A DNA stretch of 64,000 nucleotides. Origin: Octopus sinensis. Lineage: Eukaryota. The first letter of the stretch is position 1. Each line of letters opens with the position of its first letter. Positions 37,919 through 49,900 of the stretch are shown here, one piece after another. A model generated the notes under the pieces. It was not told the origin of the DNA. It did no database searches and saw only the letters and a list, made by a program, of their open reading frames with translations. The DNA is taken from the NCBI RefSeq assembly GCF_006345805.1, contig NC_043016.1:27900001-27964000 (forward strand), given 5' to 3'. The translations under genes were made by a program, and so were the position numbers.

Positions 37919-40900
37919 GTAAGTAACTGCAACTTAGCTTCCCAACAACCAGGTGACTTTTGTTATCCTAATTCTAGCTAAGAGTTTTATTTAATTTCCA
38001 AATTGAATTTAAACTCGTTTCAGAAAACTGTTTTTATTGACATATGTGGTCTCTGGAACAGCAAAAAAGACCAGTTTTTATATAAATCTGGTGCTGAATT
38101 TTTGTATCAGATTTGTGCTAATTCACTGAAATGTAAAATTATATTTATTATAACTATAACAATTGTAGAGTAGTGTCTCAGAAGAATTGTTATGGAAATT
38201 TCAGTTGAACTTGAATGCTTATAAAACAGGTGCACCACGTAGTATGAAATGATGTGGTTCACTAAATGATCAGATTTTCTTACTCTACAGATAAATTAAA
38301 ATTATTTGAAAATAAAGTAAAATTTTTTTTTTTTAAATAAAATTGAAGTATGTATACAAAATTTTAGTTTAAATTTCTTTTCATGGACAGTTATAAATCA
38401 TTCCACTCTGCATAATGTTATGTCACAAAGTACATATTGGAAAGTCATTTAAATGACCATCTTTTTTTTTTTTTTCTTCTGGTTTTGGCATTCTTATTGC
38501 AGTTGTGATGAAATTTTATTTATGTTTTCATGAGATAAGCTGATTTGAAAAGGTTACTGCTTTGGAAATTGGCATTTTCCTTTATGCCTCAGTAGTTATT
38601 AAAAAGAGCCTGCTCTCTGTTGCATTGAAATGGAATTGCAGCTGGTCGCATTGCATTTTAACCATTGAAATTCAGTAAATAGTTCAGAATTCGCACTATA
38701 TTCTTAACATTTTTACCCTTTCAACTAACTAGGTGTTAGTCTATCATATTTGTCTGAACTATGCTACCGATGGAACTGTTGTACGCAAAGGTTTACACAA
38801 ATTGGGTTATCATTCACATGTAGTTAGTGAGGAATAAATGGATTTTAAAATTTCTTTGTCTTTGTACAGTTTGCTGATAGAAAGCAGATATGAAATCAAA
38901 AATAAGTGTTCACTGTAAAATTACTTAGTTGATTTTGATCTGAACACAAGGTGTTTCAGATAATTGTACTTATTACAATTCAATTAGCTTCAGAGCATTT
39001 TCTTATGTTTGGAAAACGTATATCTATCTTACATCTCTCTTTCTCATATATAGATTGAATTGTTTCTGGATTATCTGTTTTAGGTTATTGCTGTTTATCA
39101 AAATAAATCTCATTTCAGTGTTTTTTTTCTTCTTCTTTTTACAGTTTTTATAGCCCATTTATTACTGCCTTGCAGACATATTGATGTTTGTTCTGAAAAT
39201 TGCTTTTTGTTCATTTACAATTATTCCATTCATGGTGTTTTGGTTTGTGTGAAATGCTCTCAGTTTTAGGCATTTTTACCGGGTATGCAAATATTAACTG
39301 TAGTCACTTTCCCCTCATATTTATTTCCCATTGACTGACGGTACTGTTGTCAGCAAGAGTTGTCACTTTTGAAAGCAGTTTTAAAGTAGTTAAAAAGAAT
39401 TTCTTGTTTTCTGCAGATTTCTAATGTCTGTCTGTTTCTCCCCCACTCTCTCTCTGATGTGTGTATATACATGAATGCATGCACATAATATACAGGTATG
39501 AATAACATGAAGAGGCACTTGAAAATAGTATAAACCACACATTGAAGCACATTATTCTGGACACTTAACATTTGTAGCAGTCTGTTGCTCGTAGAAATAT
39601 TTTCGTTGAACTGACTCCAGTACATATTTTTATACCTAATACTGAACTGCATAGTTGTCTGGGGGTGGGGGACATGTGCGCACACACACATATATACATA
39701 TACAAGTCATTCTTTGGTTGGCCCATGGCTATATGAGAAGACATACCCAATGTTCTGCACAGTAAGACTAAACCCAGGACCACATGGTTGAGAAACAAGC
39801 TTCTTACCATGCAGCAGGTGTCAGCAAACCAGGATAAATTACCCCAAGCGGGGTGAAAATGAGATTCTTGGGGGTAGGCAACACTGCATCTATCCAATGT
39901 AATAGATGTGTTTAGGAGACGTCACACCATTTTGAACTATAAGCAATTTGGTTGCTAAAGCATTGTCAAGTGACTAAACAGATATTGTCAGTTGTCTATT
40001 ACCTGCCTTGACCTTATTTTTTGACATGTTTTTCCTTTAACCTTTTCGTTACTATATTTCTGACCAAAATACACCCCTCATGAGTTTCAATTAAATTCTA
40101 AAATAATCATGAATCTAGGTTTGTTTCATTAAATAACTGTAACTGTTTTACTTATCAACATATTAATGTGATATTTGGAACATAATTAAAGAAAGGGTTC
40201 TTAATCAATTCTGTTGCATAACTTTTGTCTCAAAGTGACTTTAATTACAGGTAAATCCAGGTAAATTGAGCAAAAGGTAAAAATATTAAAATTTTAAATT
40301 GAGCAAAAGGTAAAAAATTAAAATTTTGTTTAAACATCACCATAGAAAATGAATCATCAGCTAATATTCAAATGGGTATGCAACAAAATTTTGATAAAGA
40401 AGAATTGTGCACATCACTATATCATTAGTTGAATTTAATGCACAACAAGTGTACCATAAAGGTGGAATAAAGTGAAATACTGGAATCCACCGTAAGTTTG
40501 ACTGAACTAAAGAAATCGGTCCAAAAATAATATACGGCCCTGGTTATGGTATGGAAGTGATAAATTCCAGACCATATTGTACCCTAAGCCATGCTGACTA
40601 ACATTATTTTCCCTGTATAAAAACTAAATCCACGCAGTACCCAGTATTTGCTTCACAAATTTCCCAAACTTTGAACCCCGATTTTGGGTTTGTTTACAAT
40701 CTGCGTAAGTTTGTTTCCGAAGTGATCGCTTCAAACTAGCATACTGAAAAAAATAAGTCTAATGGTTTCACTTCCTAAGAAAGGCTATAGATAAACTTTA
40801 TCTCCTCAGAAAAATTGCTAATAAAAACATTTTAAAAGTTTTTTTTTTTACTTCATTTTGATGTAAAATCGTCTTCGCTGTCGCCTTCGCCACTTTGTTT

Positions 40901-43900
40901 CTTCGGAAGGCGCTGCTTTCATTTTCGGATAAAAAAATATTCATTATTTTGTACACCATGTGCTTTAGTACCTATTTCATTCTTTTTCTCGATATCTCCC
41001 TATCTTCCGTTGACAAAGCTTTAAATTCGGAATCAATGCTTGATAACATGAAACTCCTATCCATTTTCAAAGTTGAAGAAAAATCGATGCCGAAAAACAT
41101 GTGGAAAAAAATCTCCCAAAATTCACTGAGTTGAGATATCACTTCAAGCAATGTCGGATACTATAACTTAACTATTTATAATGTGAAATCACATGCTTTA
41201 ACGAATGTACCAACGAGATTTGGGTTCAAATTTACATTTAAATAACAATAGGTTCTCACGGCCGGGTTGGTATTATGGACCAAAAACTTTTTCGGCCGGG
41301 TTAATAACAAAAGGGTTAAGTAGATTTAAGTACTTATTCAATTCCACCCTTTAACAAAATTGATTGGACCTCAAAGACTATCCAAATTACTATGGCATCA
41401 AAATGCCCCAATTTTGATGTAATTGTAACAAAAACGAAATGTTTCTCCAAAACCGGAAGTCAAGAAAAATCCTTTTATTTCATAATGAGAATATTAATTT
41501 ATTTTATTGCTTTTTATATTTATAATTCTATTTTCTTTATAAATAGATTCAGTAAACCTTTTGAATTCAAAGAATCTATGATTTTCTTTTGAAATCAAGG
41601 GGGTAACATTGGTGTAAATAAATATATTTTGGGATAATTGGTTAAAAAGTTCTCTGACCCCTACCATACAGCCATGCTTTTGCCTGTTTATATATTGTCT
41701 TCATCAGAACTGCAAAGAGTATTGTTTTCTTTTAGCACAGAAACTGGTGATGTAAAGAAATACACTTCACTGCATAACATTCTTTTGTAAGAGTTATCAA
41801 ATTGCCAGTCATCATTGAATATAACTAGGAATTAACTTATGGAACTGAACTGTTACTATAATTAAAAGGATAAATATTTTGTGGTTATGGAGAAAATGGG
41901 TTACTTTCAAGCCTTCTTCCATATGAGCTGCTATATATATATATATATCTTGAACCCTCTTACTTAATCTGTGCCAGTAATGTCAAACTGAGGTGAAAAT
42001 ATTGTTGATTGTAGACAATCAACTCTTCTAATATGCTGGAAAATTCAAATTGTGTGCTGAAAGTGTAACATCTTTTGTTGTTACAAAATCAACTTGGAAT
42101 AGTTAATTAAAACATATGAAAAGACTTACTAAGTGAGTTATGTTGCTACATAACCTGCTATATATTTATCTGCTTTACAAGAGAAAAGGTATCAACAAAG
42201 AAGCGATAGATGCTTTTCAAGTTAACTGTTTAAATATTGACAAAGGAGGTTAAACATTGTAGCAAATTTTTAATGCAGAAGTGATAGGTTGTTTTGGAAA
42301 TGAATGCTAAACTAAGCTTATATTTTCTGAAGAAGGCAAAGCTGCACCTAACATCAAGGCTGCTAGAAATTACATGACTCTTCAGTCATCATTGCATTAA
42401 GTTCTAAAGCACAAGTCAACTAGCTTGTTTTATTTCAGAGGTACCAGTCATTATATGGCATTATAATAAAAATGGGCAGATTAATCTGTCCAAGACTGGG
42501 TTACTTCATACAATTAAGTAAGAGGATTCAAGATTTAGATATAGTTTTTATAAATTTGAGGGATATTTGAAATGATCTGTGGATTTTATTCATTTACACC
42601 CCCCCCCCCCCATTTTCTCATCTTATTGCATTCAGAGATTTATTTTTTAGTGTTCTTCTAAAGTAATACCTGGGATATAGGTGTTTGAGTTGATAAAGGT
42701 TTTGGTTTGAATTTTTAGTAGGTGCACATTTTGAATTGCTCTGTATGGTTCAGTTCTACTGTGAGATACCTTGGGCAGTTGTCTTCTACTGAAAGCTGGA
42801 GTGAATTTTATTAGATGGCCACAATATGAAGATGTGAGATAAGTTAATTGAAAAACTGACGGGTCTCCATTTTGTAAAGCAATGACTCAATACTAATTGC
42901 TTAACATGCACAAAAATGGACAAATAAACATAAGTGAATGGGAGTGTGTATTGATCATTATAAATGAATAGTATATGTGCATATATGAAGTTTGTGTATG
43001 TATAGGTGCAGGTGTGGCTGTGTGGTAAGTAGCTTCCTTACTACCTGGTTGCAGGTTCAGTCCCACTGCATGGCACCATGGCCAAGTTATTCTACTATAG
43101 CCTCGAGCTGACAAAAGCCTTGAGAGTGGATCTGGTAGATTTAAACTGAAAGACGCCAGTCATGTGTGTGTCTGTTTGTCCCTCTACATCGCTCGACAAC
43201 TGGTGTTGGTGTGTTTACATCCCCTGTAACTTAATGGCTTGGCAAAAGACACCAATAGAATAAATGCCAGGCTTAAGAAAAAAATTAAATACTGGAGTTG
43301 ATTCAGTTGACAAATTCTTTCAAGGCTCTCTCAGCATGGCTGCAATCTAATGACTGAAACAAGTAAAAAAATAAAAGATAGGGAACGGCTTTCTTTTAGG
43401 CATGTTATATTGAATATGATTGCCTTGGTGTCCTCACCTCCCAAGGTTTTTTCATTTACATATAGGTTCCTTACACTCTCCCTTGGATGAGGATGGTAAA
43501 ATTGCTGATACCAGGATCATTCATAGTGCTGTTTTCACAATGAAGTGATGTTGGAATGTATCGCTTCCTCTGTGTAGCAGTCAGGGCCATAGCATTGTAA
43601 TGTGCCATGAGTATTGCTTCTGTCTCTTCTGTTGATGTTCAGCTATTTGATTGTACATTATCTGTATTCTTACAACAAAAAATTTTGAAAAAAACATATG
43701 CATAAACTGGAATCTCTCTTTCTCCATGTTTTCTTTTTGTGTGATTTAATTGTATGTAATCAATATCTATAAAGCTGAAAAGCAAAAAATTTGTCTCATT
43801 TTGGGATAGGAATGGTGTAGATGGGGTCGGATTGACTCCAAAATTTACACGGATATCTAAAAAAAAGGCATGGAAGCGACTGGACTAGGTTAGAAACCCC

Positions 43901-46900
43901 CATCTCGAAAGTTATGGTTACTAGGGCAACAAAACCCAGACTTTGACAAGTGTTTGTCGTTTCTCTCTTTTGGATACCACCCTGTCTTCCTCCATCTCTC
44001 TTTCTTTCCTTCCCTCCACTCTTCATCAATATCTATAAATCTAAAATGCGAAAAGTTTGTTTGGTTTTGGGATTGGAACGGGTTAAAGGGCACGAGATCC
44101 CATCGGATTGACTCAAATTTACAGGGACATGTAAAATGAGGTGAGGATGTAAGTGGGCTAGGTTAGAAATCCTTATCTTAAAAGGTGTTACTAGGGCAAA
44201 AAACGCACGCTTTGACAAGTCTACTCTCATTCTCTTATCTGCCTGTCTCCTCCATCTCTCTCTCTCTTTCCTCCCTTTCTTTCACTTTCTCTATAACGTT
44301 GTTTCACAGCGTCTACTATCTTTCCGTCTTCGCTAGCGCTGTCACTATTTCTCCCACATCCTCCCTCTCTCTCTACACCTGTCTGCATTCATAGAGAGAA
44401 TTATCGACACCACCACGACACAATCATGAGAACAAATATTATGAATCAGATATTTATTGGGTTAATTTATGTTTGTGTGTTCTATATATAAATATGTATA
44501 TATAATGCGTACACACACACACACACACACACATTATATATATATATATATAATGTGTGCATTATGTGGTCGGTTGAGCTGAAAATATGCACACCTATGT
44601 TAAAAGTGCTGGCGAGTTTGCATGGCAACTATTTTTTTCCTCTAGGACAAAATTCCTCATCTTATAAAATGTGGCCCGAGTAGACGCGAATGAAATTGGG
44701 TTATATTAACCAAAATGTGAAAAGGGGGTCTAAATGGGGCTGGAAGGGGATTAAAATTTACAGGAGCGGGTGTTTGGGAATTTTCTTTTACATGAAATTC
44801 AAAATTTTACGCCAGCTGTTAAACTACCACTACGTTGCTGTCCGTCGTTAAGAAATGACAGCCATGGTGAGTCTACTAATCCTCAGATTCTATCCCTTCA
44901 AACTTTGGTTTCCAATATTTTTTTTATTACTATTCAGCTCGCAAGTTCATCTGTCCCTTTTAAATGTTAGTGTTTTGCTGTCTGCCTTGAATCAGACCTT
45001 TCCATTGTTACTGCCTCATATTTATGATTGATCTTTCAAAATATTTTCTTTCTCAGCTTACTCAAGTTCGTTTGTTGTTTATAAATGGGAGAGAGTAAGA
45101 GAAAGCAAGGGAGAGTCTGAGAGAAAGGAAGAGTAAGAGTAGAAAAGTGAGAGAGAAACAGAGGGAGAATGTGGTGATAAAAAACAGAAAGGAAGCAACA
45201 GAAACCTCACTTACCCGCGCGTAGAGCAGGTCACCTTAAGCTAGTCTAATCTAATAAATGAAGAAGGCGTACGTTGATACAAATTGGATTTTTATGTAAA
45301 AAGGGGTGTAAATGGGGCTGGAAGGGGGATTAAAAATTACAGGAGGGGTAACTTGAAGTGAGAAATTGATTGGGAGACATTTTGGGGGCACTACAGTGGT
45401 TGCTTTGCTGTGAAAATGGGGATTTTATTGATTTTTGGGGACACTTGGGGGGTCTAGACTGGACACCTTTTGCCCAATTTGAGTCAAATTTTCAACATGG
45501 TAAAGTGGAAGTGGATTTGTAATTTAAGCGCAGAAAATGGGTTCGAAATTTTGAAAATTAAGGCAAGATTTAAGAAGCAGAACATAACAACCACAACCAT
45601 GCAATGAGCGGGTCACCTTAAGCTAGTCTTTTCTCTAAAAATGCATATCACAGATGTTTCAAAAATGTGGAATACTATAACATTAAAGATATATTGTGCA
45701 ACATACTTAGCTTACATTTAGATTAGTTCCCTTTGCCAAATGTTTTATGTTTACTACATCAAAGATTAATTAACATTTGGTCCAAGAGCTATTATTGGTA
45801 TGACAACTAGAAACAGATATAGGATGAATCAATATTTTGTATTTGAGCAATAGATGGGATATCATTGACGGTAGGATATCATTGTGGCTTCATCAGTTTA
45901 CTGAAAAAGTTATACTTAACGTGTCTACAATACTTTATAATCCATAGGCAACATCTGGTTGCAAATAAATTGGTTGGTAGACATAAATCAGTGAGCACTG
46001 TTCTCACAGCAGTAAATAGAATCGAGGTTTATGCATACAAACTGACATCGAGCTGAAGCCAAAATTTTTAAAAAGAAGAAAAAGTATGTTGAGATTTTTG
46101 TTTGCAAAAGAACATTTCTAACTGCTACCCTGCCCTGTGGAACAGGCAAGATGTACTTTATTACCTTCCCAACATACTTTGTAGAGCAGTGTTTCAGTGT
46201 AGTTGCTCTGAAAATTATTGAATGGAGGGAACTAAGACTACTTCTTAGTACTTTTCAGCCAGATGTTGAGAAGTTGATATCCCTGCGCAATATAAAGCAA
46301 TTGCATTAAAAATATGCAGGTGGGATGTGGATTTAGTTCATATTGTAAAATAAACAAAATAATGGTTAGTTAGATTGTCTTATTTGTGAAATACATTTGC
46401 TTTGAATTTGAAACGGAAAAAGAAGCCAGTGTTTGTTTGTGTGTGTGGGGGGGGCACTAAAAATGTGGCTTGCATGCCTGAGGGACAGCAGTCTGTAAAA
46501 TTTTGGGAACCATTAGTAAACAAGGAAATCGTGTGTTTTTACATTAGTACATTTGTGAAAGCACATTTCACTTATGAGATTTGTGCTAAAATTCTCATTA
46601 AAATATGAATAGATCATTTCAGGAGTTAAGGGTACGAGCAGTTTGGTGATGATAACAAAATTGTTTTTTTGAGGGTCTACAGGTAGGTTCAGAACAAAAG
46701 GGTTAATCCATATGAAACCAAAGAAAGATAGTGATATGTTGCTGCATCCTGGATTGAAAAATCTAGAAGTTCCCAATAAATGTTTTGATGACAAAGAATT
46801 TTGGTTTTTAGTGAAATTGTGCCTTTCTTTCCCAAATATCTTGAAATGCATTAAAAAAAAGTGATATTAATGATCAAGATATGATGTATTAATTTTTATA

Positions 46901-49900
46901 CTTTATTTTAAATCCCATTTATTATTCTAAAGTTGAAAGCTTAAAATTTATACATCTTGCAATTTTCTAGCATTTTAAAATATTTAATGACTACCATTTC
47001 AGAATTATTTCAATAACAACCCTCAGAATGTGCCAAATAGAAATTATGCCCAGCTTCAACAACCAAGAACAACTTATGTCTATGGATTGCCTCAGACAAC
47101 CCAATCATATGCATCATCTACTCTAATGAGCCCTACCCAAGTGATGCCTGTAAGTATTTTTTCTCCTTTTGTGCCAATGATAACATCTTTTGAATGGTTT
47201 CAGATAATGGGATCAGACCCATTCAAATTATGAGAATGGATTTTTACTGTTATTAACATTTTGTAAATTGTACATTTTCTATAATTAAGAATTAACTTAT
47301 TTGTTAAATGTTTGTGGTCTGAAAGGATTATTTAACTTATAATTATCAGAAAGATAAGGCCATTTTGATTTTTGTAACTTGCAATAAAAGCTATAGATAA
47401 ATTTTGAGAGTTAGGTTATGCAATAAATTCAAATTTGGTATTATTTGAAGAATATAAAGTTCTTCATTTATTCTTTGAGATCATCACATATATGTAATAG
47501 TGAATTAACATTGAAGTAATTAGAAATTTAGAAGTAACTTGAGTTATTTTTTTCTTCTGCTATAATTTTGCAGTATGCATCATCTGGTCAAAGAATACCA
47601 ACACCCCCATTCTCGAACCAGCCTCAGCAAACTTTCCAGATGGCTGCAGCTGCTACAAACCAGCCGTTTTATCCTTCTGCTGCACCAGGTGCAAGTAAAT
47701 ATGTTTTAAATATTTCTTTTACTCATTTCTCTGGTTTGCTAATTTACATTTTAACACTTCAGTATTTAAACCAACCGTACACACCCAAACTGGCAAGCTC
47801 TGGCTTCACACCTATCCTACAATATCATTCTAAAATTAACAGATCATATGAAAATCTTGAAGTTACAAGATATTGCAGGATTAATTCAAAACAATGTAGA
47901 TAAATGTGCATTACATTTGACAATAATCTGTATGCTAAGGGTTAAACATTTCCTGAAGCCATCTATTTGTGTAAATCAAAATATTTTGTGCATCATATTC
48001 CTTATAAACGCAAGTAGCAAATCTAACAGTTTGGTTTTCTTGCAAAGACTTTAAAAATAACTGAGTTTTTAAATTCCTATTATATTTAGGTACAAATTCC
48101 ATTTCCCCCCCTCCTTGCTATCTTAACTGTTAGAATTGTTTCACTTTTGAGAAAAAAATATCCTGTTCATAATCACTCATGTGGTTTTTATGTTCACCAT
48201 ATATTTTCATAGATTTTTTTTGTCTTTCAAAAATACTTCAAACTCACTGCTTGACAATATGAAACTGGTATCCAGTTTTCATCCATAGTGAAACATTTCA
48301 GAAAATCAAAGTGGAGAAACAAGTATCTCCGAAAATTCCCTACACTCAGATCTTCTAAAATAATGTTGGACAGTGTAACTCAATTGTTTACACAGTGAAA
48401 CCTGTTTTTACGAATGTACTAAAAAAATTTGCATTGAAATTCATATTTCACTATGAATAGGTTGTTTCAGCTGGATTCAGACAGATAGGTATTGTTCAGC
48501 ATTTTAATTCTCTGTCAGCTATGGATGGGTTGGTATCAAGAGTTAAATCTAAGAGTTTCAGCCGGGTTGGTAATGAAAGGGTTAACCCTTTCGTTACCAA
48601 CCCGGCTGAAACTGGCTCTGGCTCTGAGTACAAATGTCTTGTTTTCATAAGATTTGAATTAAAATCTTCCACCTAATTTTAGTCACAATTTAAGCTCCTA
48701 ACACTAGCTGAATGATAACTAAGTTAACTTACTAAATTCTTTGTTATATTTAAAGTAATTGAAAGAAACACAGAACATCTCAAACTAAATACAGTAACGA
48801 AAGGGTTAAAAAAATACTAAATTCACTTGAAAGATTTCTAATCCCTCTTTGACTGGACCAAAATTTGAAATAAGAATCTTGAAGTGTTTAATTTTAGTGT
48901 ATATGTATATACAATTGGCTGATTTGATAGTTCAATTATTTAGATGCATTTTTTCCTTTTTTGTATGAAAAATCCTGGATTTTATTACTTTAATGTGTTT
49001 ACTCTTTTGTTTTCAGTGTATTATCCTAATTACCCGATGCCAAGGACCCAACAAAGAAAACGAGGCAGCAGTAAAATAAAAATAGTTGATCCAAGTACTG
49101 GCAAAGATATTTCTGATGAAATTAGGAGTACTAGGCAGGCACCTGATGGTTCAGGGGTATTTATTTTTGTCACATATTTTGAATTTTGGTAAATGATTTC
49201 TTTTAAAGTCAAAATGAAATTGTGAAATTTTGAGAAAATGTGTTGGAAGACAGTATTGTAATTTTTGTTTTCTTTTTTACAAAGCATGTAAATTTCCTAC
49301 AACATACTCTAAATGTTTCCCTCTCTGAATTAAAATTTTGTAATTTTATTTCTTAGGGCGGATCAGGTGGTGGTGATATGCGTGCACAGTTTGCAGCACA
49401 AGTTGCAGCTACATTAAAATCACAAAATCAAAATTTCCAGCTTACGTCTCTTCAGATGCCAGGAGGTCCAGTACAACAGTTACCATCTCATCATCAAGCT
49501 ACATCTCAGATTGCACAACCACCTCTGGCTGTTCAACGCCCAGTAACACCACAAGGACAGCGAAGGCAGACTAGTAAAAGCCCTCCTGGTGGACAGCTTG
49601 AATCTACAAATGTTATGAATGTAGCAAACTTTTCTGGTAATCCACAAAAGATACCCGAGAATTCTTGCATCAAATATATGCCTCAAATGTCTTCTCAGGC
49701 TCAAGATCTGGTACCTAATCAGCCACATACTACACCTACGCAGCTCTCACCTCCAGTTTCGCCACCTGCCCAACAGACAGTTAGTCAACCAAAGCATCCA
49801 CCACAGATGTTCAAAAATTCCCAGCCAGCTCATTCCTTGCAAATACATCCTCCACCATCACAGCCCGCATCATTGCAGGTCTGTCCTATGCAGCAATCGC

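Noticed and set aside
37919-37952. Extension of the eIF4G exon to the CAG|gtgact donor
   Set aside because: Phase 1, incompatible with the phase-0 acceptor at 47003, and no open bridging exon found.
38505-38543. C/D box snoRNA (GTGATGA...CTGA) in an eIF4G intron
   Set aside because: Only about 39 nt from box C to box D and no terminal stem.
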